In this document: piece after piece, positions 35,920 to 44,566 of the stretch
Layout: each line of letters opens with the position of its first letter
Position numbering within the stretch: position 1 is the stretch's first letter
NCBI GenBank assembly: GCA_955652705.1
Contig: CATPBK010000100.1
Coordinates: forward strand, 661-64,660
Source: Candidatus Dormiibacterota bacterium
Lineage (GTDB): Bacteria; Chloroflexota; Dormibacteria; Dormibacterales; Dormibacteraceae
Length of the DNA: 64,000 nucleotides
Direction: 5' to 3'
Translations under genes and position numbers: made by a program
The notes under the pieces: model-generated
The model's database searches: none
What the model saw: the letters and a program-made list of their open reading frames with translations, nothing else
What the model was told of the DNA's origin: nothing

Positions 35920-36018
35920 TTGGGCTCGGTAATCAAGAAGCGGCGTAAGAAGATGCGCAAGCACAAGCACAAGAAGATGCTTAAAAAGACCCGGTGGCAG
36001 CGCCGGGCGCACGCCTAG
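35920..36018 (+). CDS. 30S ribosomal protein bS22-like mini-protein (32 aa)
   Basis: Not in the ORF track. TTG start 5 nt after GGAGA. Translation (M)GSVIKKRRKKMRKHKHKKMLKKTRWQRRAHA, stop TAG at 36016-36018. From memory it closely resembles actinobacterial bS22 (MGSVIKKRRKRM.KKKHRKLL..TR.QRR...). Confidence 0.75.
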   Translation: MGSVIKKRRKKMRKHKHKKMLKKTRWQRRAHA

Positions 36019-36041
36019 CTTCTCTCAGCAGCCCGCGGGCG

Positions 36042-37010
36042 CTAGGCAGCCGCTCCCCAGTCTTTCTCGAACCTGGCCCTGTATGCCGCCACGGGTCCGC
36101 TCGCGTCGGTGGAGACGTCGAGCTCGTGGTTGACGCCCAGGCCGTGGCCGCTCCAGTTCGCCGAGCCGAGGACGAGCAGGCCGTCAAAGAGGCCGATCTT
36201 GGCGTGCAGCTTGGCTCCAGGCGGAGCCGGGTACCAGCGCGCGGCCACGGCGCAGCGTTGGAGCTGCCTGAAGCCCGGCAGGTTCACGTCCTGCCCGGGG
36301 TCGAGCAGAACGCGCACCAGCACGCCCCGGCGGACAGCCGCGCAGAGGCCGCTCAGGAGGGCCTGGTCGGTGAACGCGAAGACCTCGGCCGAGACGGCCC
36401 GTCGAGCCCGCTCCAGGGCGCCCTCGAGGAGGGTCCTGATCTCGCTGCCCGGGCTGGTCTGGGCGATGGGCCCGGCGGTCACACCCAGCGGTAAGGGCAC
36501 GCCCGCCGCCAGGCTCCAGTCCTGCTCGAAGATCGCCCGCAGCCGAGTCAGGTCGCCGTCAGCGCGCAGGACCAGGCCGTAGTCGTGGTTGCGATAGCTG
36601 CCGGTTCCCCAGTTCATGCCGCTGATCAAGGCGGCGCCGTCGGCCAGCAGCAGCTTGACGTGGTCGATCTGGCCGCGTTTGTCGTCGACCGGGTAAAAGC
36701 GGACCGGGAGGCCGCCGGCCGCCAGCACCGAGGCGATCGCCACCGACATGGAGACGGTGGGGTCGAGCAGGACGCGGACCCGGGCGCCGCGCTGCTGCGC
36801 GATCGCGAGCGCCCCGGCCAGGTCGCGCCGGCCGAACTCGTACATCTCGACCGCCACCTCCCGGCCGGCGGAGCCGATCAGGCCGGCGGCGGCATCGAAG
36901 ATGCGGGCGTCCTGGTAGAGGTCGCCGGCGGGCGGCGGAGTTGCGGGCAGAGCGCCGCATGCCGCGAGGACCATGAGGGTGAGCAAGAAGACGAGGGCGT
37001 GGAGTGGCAT
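36042..37010 (-). CDS. phospholipase D-like (HKD) domain lipoprotein
   Basis: 322 aa with lipobox LMVLAAC and two HKD motifs (DHVKLLLADGAALISGMNW; LHAKIGLFDGLLVLGSANW). Confidence 0.8.
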   Translation of the reverse strand: MPLHALVFLLTLMVLAACGALPATPPPAGDLYQDARIFDAAAGLIGSAGREVAVEMYEFGRRDLAGALAIAQQRGARVRVLLDPTVSMSVAIASVLAAGGLPVRFYPVDDKRGQIDHVKLLLADGAALISGMNWGTGSYRNHDYGLVLRADGDLTRLRAIFEQDWSLAAGVPLPLGVTAGPIAQTSPGSEIRTLLEGALERARRAVSAEVFAFTDQALLSGLCAAVRRGVLVRVLLDPGQDVNLPGFRQLQRCAVAARWYPAPPGAKLHAKIGLFDGLLVLGSANWSGHGLGVNHELDVSTDASGPVAAYRARFEKDWGAAA

Positions 37011-37043
37011 GCCAGGCAGCCTAGGCCGGGCGTGCGGGCCTGT

Positions 37044-37850
37044 CTACCCGACCTGTAAAGGCGTCCCGGCCGCCGCGTCGAGGGCTTCATCGGCGCGACC
37101 TTCCCGAAGCCCGACCTCGATCAGCCCCAGGCTGCCGACGTACCAAAAAGGCACGCCCTCGGGCGCCTCCGTGAAGGTCCTGGCCGTGACTTCGACACGT
37201 ACGCCGTTCACGAGCAGGCGCTTGGGTGGCGCGTCGAGGTCCGTGACGAGGTTGCCGAAGCGGTCGACCCAGACCACGGATGGCGGCGTCGGCGGCAGAA
37301 CGCCCAGCTGGACCGCGTCGCCCAGCTCCTCGAAGGCCGTCCCGGCTGCCAGCCGGCCCGCCGCCGGCGCGAACACGTCGCGTCCTTCGAATGTCGGCGA
37401 GGCGCCCTCCGGGTGCGCCAGGCTGATGGCGCGAGCGGACTTCGCCCGGCGGCGCAGGAAGTCAAAGAGCCCGTTGTCCGGGCCCACATAGTAGGACCCG
37501 TCCAACTCCAGGGCGAGCGCTCTGCGCTGGGAGCCAACCCCGGGATCGACGACCGCGAGATGGACGCTCCCGATTGCGAAGTCGCGAGTGCCCGCCCAGA
37601 GAACGAAACCGCCGGCGCGGACGTCGAAGGGTGGGATCGCGTGGGAGAGGTCGACCAGGCGGGCTTGCGGGCAGGTCGCGAGCAGGACGGCCTTCATGGA
37701 CGCGACGTAAGGCGAGCCCACTCCGAAATCGCTCGTCAGGGTGACGAGCGGCCTACCAGTACCTGGTCTCCTGCCACGGGTCGGCGTCGTCGTGGTACCC
37801 CCTCTGCTCCCAGAAACCGAGACGGTTCTTGGCCATGAACTCGAGGCCAC
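37044..37850 (-). CDS. SAM hydrolase / SAM-dependent halogenase family protein (DUF62)
   Basis: The conserved core starts at LVTLTSDFGVGSPYVASMKAVLL (about 37745). The only canonical start in frame is the GTG at 37850, which overlaps the upstream gene by 98 nt, so the start is uncertain. Confidence 0.7.
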   Translation of the reverse strand: MASSSWPRTVSVSGSRGGTTTTPTRGRRPGTGRPLVTLTSDFGVGSPYVASMKAVLLATCPQARLVDLSHAIPPFDVRAGGFVLWAGTRDFAIGSVHLAVVDPGVGSQRRALALELDGSYYVGPDNGLFDFLRRRAKSARAISLAHPEGASPTFEGRDVFAPAAGRLAAGTAFEELGDAVQLGVLPPTPPSVVWVDRFGNLVTDLDAPPKRLLVNGVRVEVTARTFTEAPEGVPFWYVGSLGLIEVGLREGRADEALDAAAGTPLQVG

Positions 37851-38355
37851 GCAGCCACTTGGCGGACTTCCAGAAGTATTTCTTCGGAACCAGCAAGCGA
37901 AGCGGCCAACCGTGCTCCGGCGTCAGGTCGGATCCGTTCCAGCCAAAGCAGAGCATCACGTCGTCGTCGTCAAGCACCTGGAGCGGCACGGACGTTGTGT
38001 AGCCGTACTCAGAGTGCGCCATCACGTACTTCGCGGCGGGCGTCGGCTGGACGCGCTGGAGGATTTCCTGGACGGCGACTCCCTGCCAGGTGTCACCGAG
38101 GCGCGACCAGGCGGTGACGCAGTGGATGTCGGCGGTGATCTCTTTGCGCGGCAGCGCCCGGACTTCCTTGTAGCTCAGCGTGATCGGGTTCTCGACCTCG
38201 CCGAAAACCTTGAGTGACCAGGTCTTGAGGTCGGTCTTGGGGACCGGTCCGAAATGCAGCAGCGGCCAGCGATCCGGCGCGGTCAGCGTTTGCCCCGGCG
38301 GGAACCGTTTGGGATCGACGCCGGCCGGGATCCGGCTCCGGCGGAAGAGGTCCAC
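37753..38355 (-). CDS. sulfite oxidase-like molybdopterin oxidoreductase domain protein
   Basis: 200 aa with ADIHCVTAWSRLGDTWQGV and LLVPKKYFWKSAKWLRGLEF, typical of the Oxidored_molyb family. Confidence 0.8.
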   Translation of the reverse strand: MDLFRRSRIPAGVDPKRFPPGQTLTAPDRWPLLHFGPVPKTDLKTWSLKVFGEVENPITLSYKEVRALPRKEITADIHCVTAWSRLGDTWQGVAVQEILQRVQPTPAAKYVMAHSEYGYTTSVPLQVLDDDDVMLCFGWNGSDLTPEHGWPLRLLVPKKYFWKSAKWLRGLEFMAKNRLGFWEQRGYHDDADPWQETRYW

Positions 38356-38387
38356 AGCGGCAGTATATGGACCCCCTGAGAACCGGC

Positions 38388-40169
38388 TCAGACGCTGAAC
38401 TGCCAGGTCTTGGTGAAGGCCGCGCCGTTCACCGTGCCGGTCACAGTGACGTTGTACTTGCCTGCTGGGAGCGGCGACTTGGCCAGCACCGCGAACTCGT
38501 TTGGGGAGAGATTGTTCGTGCCTGGCGGTATCTGGTAGGTGTCCACCTGGCCGCCGCTGGGCCCGGTCAGGTCCGCCTTGCCGACCGCCAGCGTCGCACC
38601 CAGAGGCGCTTGCAGGGTGATCGGGTAGCCGATCGGGTAGGTCGCGGTCGGAACCGGGTCCGGGACCTCCCCGCCGCTGAAGGCGGCCGGAACGCCGGTG
38701 CTGTTGGGTGGCGGGTAAGCAATCAGCTCGCCCGGCTCGGCGCCGGCGATCCCGAAGTCGAGGACCTGGATCGAGAGGCCGCCGACCTGGGCCTCGCCGT
38801 AACCGGCCAGCTTTGCCTCCCGCGAGGTGATCGGATAACGGTGGTAGACAGTGTCGACCCAGCGTTCGACCGCCGCCGGCGCGATGAAGACGTGGGAGAT
38901 GACTTCGCTCGTGATCGACGACTGCGCGTAGCCGAAGTGCGCGGCCCGGTCGCTCGAGTTGTGGCCGAACGAGCCGGGCAGGGACGCGTCCTCGAAATGG
39001 ACGCCGTCGCCGTTCAGCGACGATTGTCCGAAGTTGAAAAGGAAGAAATAGCTGTGCGCAAGCGCACTCTCCGCCAGCGCGGGATTCTCCGCCACCGCGC
39101 CCAGCCCGACCGTGGCGCGGGTGGCGTTGACTGCGGCCAGGGCATCCTTGCGGGCGGTGGTGATCCCGTCGGTCGGCGGCGGCTGGGCGAAGGCCAGCTC
39201 CTGGGCCGGGTCCTTCTTCAGGACGAGTGAGTCCAGAAACCGGAGGAACTGGTAGACATTTCCGGCCTTGGGATCGGCCTTCAAGGCAGCCAGGAGCCGG
39301 TCGTGAGCAGTGTTGAAATCGCGGCTTACCGCGACGTCGACCTCGGCCAGACCGAGCGTCGCGGTGGCGCCGTTCGGCCGGACTTTGAGCGCTGCATCGT
39401 AAAGCTCGATGGCGACCGGCGCGTTGCCCTGCAGGAAGGCGGCGTCGCCTTCCGCGCTGAGCACGGCGTACTGCCCGGCTTCTTTCCTGGCCACATCGCG
39501 GAGCAGCTGTATGGCTTTGCCGGCGTTGGCATGGCCCGACTGGTAGCGCGACAATTCCAGGCTCCGCTCCGGGAAGCCCGGCTGGTTCTTCAAGGAGAGC
39601 TCGAGGTGGTTCAACTCCTGCAGGGAGTCGCCCCGTGCGCGGTAGTAGTTGGCCCAGTCGCGGTCCGCCTCGGCGCGCGCGTAAGCGTCCGCGGCTGCTT
39701 TCTGGCCGGCGCGTAGCTGGTCGCGCGCCTCAGCGAAGCGGCCGGCGTCGGCCAGAGCTTCCCCATAGAAGAGGTGGGCGAGCGGATCGACCGGCGTAGC
39801 CTTGATCGCCTTCGCCCCCGCCGCCACCGCTCCGGTCACATCTTCCGACCAGTCGAGCGCGCGCGTGAGCCTGCTGAGCGAGACCGAGTCGGCGTTGTCC
39901 TTGACCGCCTGCTGCGCCTGTTGGACCGCCTCGACGAAACGGTTCTCGTAGTCCAGCAGCAGCACGTAATGGGCGCGCGCGTTGGGCGTTCCGGAGTCGA
40001 TCAGCGCCTGGTAGTCCTTTTCGGCGCCGTCATACTCGCCGCTGAAGAACTTCGTGTCGGCCTTGGCCAGCGGGGTGCTTTTTGGCGCCGGCTTAGGCGC
40101 GGACGGAGCCACTTCACAGGCTGCAACAACCAGGGCTAAGAGGGCCACCAAGAGCCCTGCTCGCTTCAC
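38388..40169 (-). CDS. lipoprotein with TPR repeats, CAP/SCP domain and C-terminal Ig-like region
   Basis: 593 aa with lipobox LVVAAC, several TPR-like repeats, and a CAP-like segment (AAVNATRATVGLGAVAENPALAESALAHSYF). Confidence 0.65.
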   Translation of the reverse strand: MKRAGLLVALLALVVAACEVAPSAPKPAPKSTPLAKADTKFFSGEYDGAEKDYQALIDSGTPNARAHYVLLLDYENRFVEAVQQAQQAVKDNADSVSLSRLTRALDWSEDVTGAVAAGAKAIKATPVDPLAHLFYGEALADAGRFAEARDQLRAGQKAAADAYARAEADRDWANYYRARGDSLQELNHLELSLKNQPGFPERSLELSRYQSGHANAGKAIQLLRDVARKEAGQYAVLSAEGDAAFLQGNAPVAIELYDAALKVRPNGATATLGLAEVDVAVSRDFNTAHDRLLAALKADPKAGNVYQFLRFLDSLVLKKDPAQELAFAQPPPTDGITTARKDALAAVNATRATVGLGAVAENPALAESALAHSYFFLFNFGQSSLNGDGVHFEDASLPGSFGHNSSDRAAHFGYAQSSITSEVISHVFIAPAAVERWVDTVYHRYPITSREAKLAGYGEAQVGGLSIQVLDFGIAGAEPGELIAYPPPNSTGVPAAFSGGEVPDPVPTATYPIGYPITLQAPLGATLAVGKADLTGPSGGQVDTYQIPPGTNNLSPNEFAVLAKSPLPAGKYNVTVTGTVNGAAFTKTWQFSV

Positions 40170-40216
40170 CCGGTGAAGGTTAGCGCCGCCGGTATACTGG
40201 CCAGGCAGACGGATCT

Positions 40217-40289
40217 GGGGCGGTAGCTCAGCTGGGAGAGCGCCTCCCTCGCACGGAGGAGGTCAGGGGTTCGAATCCCCTTCGCTCCA
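40217..40289 (+). tRNA. tRNA-Ala (anticodon CGC)
   Basis: GGGGCGG acceptor with the G3:U70 identity pair, anticodon loop CTCGCAC, T arm AGGGG-TTCGAAT-CCCCT. CCA is not fully encoded. Confidence 0.9.
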
Positions 40290-40293
40290 CCTC

Positions 40294-41451
40294 ATGTCGT
40301 GTCGAAATGAGACGAGGCAGCTCGATTGTCTTAGCGCTGATCCTGAGTGCCGTGGCTTGCTCGACTTCAGCACCCAAGGCGCCGACCCCGTCCCCGACAA
40401 CGAGTTCACCACAGGGCAGGTGATCGCCATTACATCCCGGCCCTCCGACGTCGTGGTGGCTGACCTCAACGGCGACGGGAAGCCGGACACCGCGGTTACC
40501 AGCGAGACCGATCCAGTCGTCGGAGTGACCCTGGGCAAGGGCGACGGAACGTTCGCCAAGATGTTGAGTATCCCCGCCGGTCAAGTGGGCAGCCACATCG
40601 TCGCCGCGGATCTCGACGGCGACGGGCACGTCGACCTGGCGACCTCCAACCATGACGGCACCGCGACCGCCCTCTGGGGTAACGGCGACGGAACCTTCAG
40701 CCGACCGGTGAGCTACAAGGTCAGGGGTGACCTGGCTGTCGCCGAAGCATGGTGGCTTGTTGCGGCCGACTTGAACGGCGATCGCGCGCTCGATCTGGTC
40801 GTGTCGATCTACGGCTCGAACGGTCCCGATCCTTCAGCTCCGGGCCAAGTGGCCGTGCTCCTCAACCGCGGCAGCAGGACCTTTGACAACCCGGTCTTCT
40901 ACGCGGATCGCGCGGCTGTGGCCGTCGTCGCGGGAGACTTCGATAGCGACGGGAAGATCGACATCGCGACAGCCGATTTCGACCGCACTGTGCGCGTCTT
41001 TCGGGGTGACGGCACTGGTCACCTGGGACCAGCGGCGGAGTACTCGATCGACGGACAGGGAGTGGCGATCGCAGCGGGCGACTTCAATGGAGACAGCGTC
41101 CTGGACCTGGCCACCGGAAACGATGGCACCCACAGCCTGTCGGTCTTGCGCGGCCTGGGGGAGGGAACGTTCGGGACATCGGTGCGCTTCGAGGCCGGCA
41201 ATACCCACACGATCGCCTTGGCTGACCTGAATCGCGACGGCCACCTCGACCTGCTCGCCGGCGGCTTCGACGAAAGGTTCGTACGCTTCTTGCCCGGGAA
41301 GGGCGACGGCAGCTTCCTCGCGGAGGTGAGGATCGATATGGGCTGGGCCAATGCACGCGGCGTGGCCGCCGCCGACTTCAACGGCGACCGCAAACTGGAC
41401 CTTGCCGTCGCAGACAACGGCCCGACACTCCATGTGTTCATCGGCAAGTAG
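40294..41451 (+). CDS. FG-GAP/VCBS repeat (integrin-alpha-like beta-propeller) protein; N-terminus probably frameshifted
   Basis: Seven DxDxDG-type repeats (ADLNGDGKPD, ADLDGDGHVD, ADLNGDRALD, GDFDSDGKID, GDFNGDSVLD, ADLNRDGHLD, ADFNGDRKLD). The in-frame N-terminus MSCRNETRQLDC... has no signal peptide. Confidence 0.8.
   Translation: MSCRNETRQLDCLSADPECRGLLDFSTQGADPVPDNEFTTGQVIAITSRPSDVVVADLNGDGKPDTAVTSETDPVVGVTLGKGDGTFAKMLSIPAGQVGSHIVAADLDGDGHVDLATSNHDGTATALWGNGDGTFSRPVSYKVRGDLAVAEAWWLVAADLNGDRALDLVVSIYGSNGPDPSAPGQVAVLLNRGSRTFDNPVFYADRAAVAVVAGDFDSDGKIDIATADFDRTVRVFRGDGTGHLGPAAEYSIDGQGVAIAAGDFNGDSVLDLATGNDGTHSLSVLRGLGEGTFGTSVRFEAGNTHTIALADLNRDGHLDLLAGGFDERFVRFLPGKGDGSFLAEVRIDMGWANARGVAAADFNGDRKLDLAVADNGPTLHVFIGK
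40307..40423 (+). other. out-of-frame lipoprotein signal-peptide segment belonging to the FG-GAP gene
   Basis: The +1 frame reads MRRGSSIVLALILSAVAC-STSAPKAPTPSPTTSSPQGR then TGA, a textbook lipobox plus Ser/Thr/Pro linker. It stops where the FG-GAP frame becomes meaningful. Confidence 0.5.
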
Positions 41452-41562
41452 ATTCAATTACGGCCAAGCGGAACTAGGCCTCTTCGTTCACCACGAAAAC
41501 CTGGGAATAGTCGGGACGCAGCTCGAGCCTCCCTGAATGTCGGAGCGGCGACTTGAGTGTGT

Positions 41563-42063
41563 CTAGAGACCCGCGACAGGCGAACTTAGCGCTCTCTCCG
41601 CGTCACGATGAGACTGGTCAGGCAGTGCTTCGATCAGGCGTTTCAGGTTGGCCATCTCAATTCCCTGGCCCCAACGGATCACGCGGTCGAGGATGGGCTG
41701 GAGCCACCTCGTGCCCCGCCCAAGCTCCCCCTCGGTCAAACGCGTCAGGCGCGTTCCGTCCTCAGTGCGCTCGAACGTGATGCGAGCGTTGGCACGGCCA
41801 ATGAACGCGACATCGGCGGCATACGAGACGGCGCGGTTGGGTTCGTACTCGGTGAGCACCAGCGTCTGTGACTTGATCTCGAAACGGCCGAGCAACCGGC
41901 GTCGACTCTCGATGGTCGAGCCCACCCTCGAAGGACCATCGGAGGTTTGTCGCAGCTCACTTCCGCTTGCTGTCCACCTCGGCGAGTTGCTCAGATCGTT
42001 GACGAAATCCCACACCGTCTCGACGGGCCGGTAGATCACTGTGCTTAGCTCGATCCGCAACAA
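41563..42063 (-). CDS. SRPBCC (START/polyketide-cyclase-like) family protein
   Basis: 166 aa starting MLRIELSTVIYRPVETVWDFVNDLSNSPRW, typical of the family. Confidence 0.75.
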   Translation of the reverse strand: MLRIELSTVIYRPVETVWDFVNDLSNSPRWTASGSELRQTSDGPSRVGSTIESRRRLLGRFEIKSQTLVLTEYEPNRAVSYAADVAFIGRANARITFERTEDGTRLTRLTEGELGRGTRWLQPILDRVIRWGQGIEMANLKRLIEALPDQSHRDAERALSSPVAGL

Positions 42064-42227
42064 CTCGCTGCCCCCCTTTCAGAAGCTTGAAATGAAGACC
42101 GGCGACCACGTCCCGGCCGCAGCGTTGCATCGACAGTCGCCGGACGCAGTCTTGGGCCTCGCGCCATAAGAAAGTCAGTAACTTTCGCGCTGAGCCGGGT
42201 AGCTGCCCGGCGCCAGGTCTAAAGGGC

Positions 42228-43640
42228 TTAGGGCGCGATGTTCTGGTTCAGCCTAAAGACGTTGTCGGGGTCGTAGCGCCGCTTCAGGGCTTTCAGGCGC
42301 TCGTACTTCGCCGGGCCGTAGATGGCGCGCACCACCTCCTCCCCCGAATCGGCGACAGCGTTGACGTAGTTGCCGGCCACCGTGAGGGGCAGAATCGCGT
42401 CAAGCGCCGCCCGGGGCCAGGCCCGGTGCGCTTCGTCGAGGGTGGCGTCGCCCCAGACGGCTTCCATCTCGACCCAGAAGGCCGCCTCGCGGCCGCTGAA
42501 GGGGGTGGCGTCCGCTGGCACGTCGGCAATTGCGCCGCCCATCGCCCAGATCGAAACGGAGCAATCGCCCCCCGACGGGCTGGCGGCAAGGTGCTCGGCC
42601 ATTGCCAGGACGGCCGCCTCTGGGAGCCCGGGCAAGAAGGCTGCCTTCATATAGACCCGCTTCCCCCAGGCCGATTCCTCGTCCGCAGCGGCCTGCGTCG
42701 TCAGATATGCCATCGGCTGGATGGTGTCGCTCAGCGGCTGCGTCGCCCGGAGCGATCGCAAGTATCGCTCCGCTTCTGCCACCGGCCCGCAATGCATGAT
42801 TCCGATGAAGCAGGCGAATTTCTCGTCCGGCGCGAGCGGGCCCGGCTGGCCGAATCCCATGGCCAGGAAGAGCTCCCGCGGCGCCTCGGCCGCGAGCTCG
42901 CGGTACATCGAGGCCACCTCCGCGGTGCGGCTGAGCGGATAAATGAGGGCTCCCCGCGTGACCCCCGGGCCGACCGGGCTGAGACGGAACTCGAAAGAGG
43001 TCACCACGCCGAAGTTGGCGCCCGCGCCGCGCAGCCCCCAGTAGAGGTCCGAGTTCTCGTCCGCGCTGGCGCGAATTGTTTGGCCTTCAGCTCCGACCAC
43101 ATCACAGGCGAGGAGGTTGTCGATGGTGAGGCCGTATTTGCGCTGGAGCCTACCGATCCCGCCGCCGAGCGTGAGGCCGCCCACGCCCGTGTGGCCGACC
43201 ACGCCCACCGGACAGGCCAGAGCGAACTCCTGAGCCGCGCCATCCAGCTGGCGCAGGAGCGCGCCGCCCTCAACGCGCGCCGTTCGCTGCTGAGGTTGGA
43301 CGGTGACTCGGGACATGGGTGAGAGATCGATCACGACGCCGCCGTCGCAGGTCGACAATCCAGGAATGCTGTGGCCGCCGCCGCGGACGGCCACGACCAG
43401 CTCCTGCTCGCGCGCGAAATCCAGCGCCGCGACCACGTCCTCGATCCGAGCGCAGCGCGCCACGAGCGCCGGGCGCTTGTCGGCGAGCGCGTTCCAGACC
43501 AGCCGGGCCTCCTCGTAGCGGGCATCCGCCGGCTGGATCAGATCCCCCGCGAACCGGTTGCGGAGCGACCTCACGGCGGCTGGATCGAGTGGCTCGACAA
43601 CCTGCATTGCTTCCCTCCTTGGGTTGCGCCCAACGGCCAT
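42228..43640 (-). CDS. FAD-binding oxidoreductase with BBE (berberine-bridge-like) C-terminal domain
   Basis: 470 aa with an FAD_binding_4 region (VAVRGGGHS) and a C-terminal RYDPDNVFRLNQNI. Confidence 0.85.
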   Translation of the reverse strand: MAVGRNPRREAMQVVEPLDPAAVRSLRNRFAGDLIQPADARYEEARLVWNALADKRPALVARCARIEDVVAALDFAREQELVVAVRGGGHSIPGLSTCDGGVVIDLSPMSRVTVQPQQRTARVEGGALLRQLDGAAQEFALACPVGVVGHTGVGGLTLGGGIGRLQRKYGLTIDNLLACDVVGAEGQTIRASADENSDLYWGLRGAGANFGVVTSFEFRLSPVGPGVTRGALIYPLSRTAEVASMYRELAAEAPRELFLAMGFGQPGPLAPDEKFACFIGIMHCGPVAEAERYLRSLRATQPLSDTIQPMAYLTTQAAADEESAWGKRVYMKAAFLPGLPEAAVLAMAEHLAASPSGGDCSVSIWAMGGAIADVPADATPFSGREAAFWVEMEAVWGDATLDEAHRAWPRAALDAILPLTVAGNYVNAVADSGEEVVRAIYGPAKYERLKALKRRYDPDNVFRLNQNIAP

Positions 43641-43717
43641 TCTGCGCAGCGCCGCAGGAAGCAGTCAACGCCACTGCTCAGTCGGCTGCTCGCGGGTACG
43701 TGGCAATAGAAGAGCTG

Positions 43718-43738
43718 GGCGCGGCGCGAGGCCGCGCC
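43718..43738 (-). terminator. possible terminator hairpin downstream of thioesterase gene
   Basis: 8-bp GC stem GGCGCGGC / GCCGCGCC with a 5-nt loop. The minus-strand tail CAGCUCUUCUAUU is only moderately U-rich. Confidence 0.3.
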
Positions 43739-43772
43739 GCTGCCTACCACCCCGATAGCGTGATGGAACGTT

Positions 43773-44555
43773 CTAGGGGCGCGGTTCGACCAGCAGGCTC
43801 TGCAGCGAGCGCCCGAGGCGGCCTCGCCGGTCGTACAGGGCGCCCTCTGCGAAACCTGTGCCCTGCGGTTCGAGCCAGGTGCGGGCGTCGACGCACACCC
43901 AGTCGTCGACCGGCAGACGGTGCACGTACACCGTGAGATCGGGATTGATGTAGATCATTCGCTCCGGTTCGACCAGGTTGCTGATCCCGTTTGGAAAGTC
44001 GGCCGCCGCACAGATGCGCTGAAGCCCGCTCGGCTCTTCGCCGGGAACGACCGGGAGCTTGAGCCGGAACCAACCCCAGCAGGGCCCGAGCCGGCCCAGC
44101 AGCTCGGTGGGAATGCGAACTTCAACACCCAGCCTGTGGTAAGCGGGCCCGCCCCGATAGCTCGGCACCGCCGGGTCGACCACCGACTCCGGTGGGCCAT
44201 GTGGTGGCGGCTCTTCACCGCCCGGGACCGAGACCGCCGACTCGCGGATCCTGACCGCCGTCGCCCGCGCCACCTCGTCTTCCCCGTTCCAGAGCGAGGC
44301 TTCGACGAGCTGGACTTTGCGACCTGGCCGGAGCAGGCGCGACTTGACCGCCAGCGGCACCATGCCCACCGGCCGCATCAGCTCGATGGTCAGCCGCGCC
44401 ACGAACATCGCGTGCTCGGCGGGGAAGCGCTCGATCTCGCGGGCCAACAGCATGGTGGGCGGTCCGCCGTGCAGAGCCTGCTGGCTCCACGGGCTGAGGG
44501 CCGCTTCGGTGGGATGAAAGAGGTCACCCTCGCGCGCGAAGATCGAGTCCGGCAT
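43773..44555 (-). CDS. acyl-CoA thioesterase (TesB-like double hot-dog) family protein
   Basis: 260 aa. N-terminus FHPTEAALSPWSQQALHGGPPTMLLARE resembles the thioesterase-II-like family. Confidence 0.6.
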   Translation of the reverse strand: MPDSIFAREGDLFHPTEAALSPWSQQALHGGPPTMLLAREIERFPAEHAMFVARLTIELMRPVGMVPLAVKSRLLRPGRKVQLVEASLWNGEDEVARATAVRIRESAVSVPGGEEPPPHGPPESVVDPAVPSYRGGPAYHRLGVEVRIPTELLGRLGPCWGWFRLKLPVVPGEEPSGLQRICAAADFPNGISNLVEPERMIYINPDLTVYVHRLPVDDWVCVDARTWLEPQGTGFAEGALYDRRGRLGRSLQSLLVEPRP

Positions 44556-44566
44556 TCGCCCGAAGC

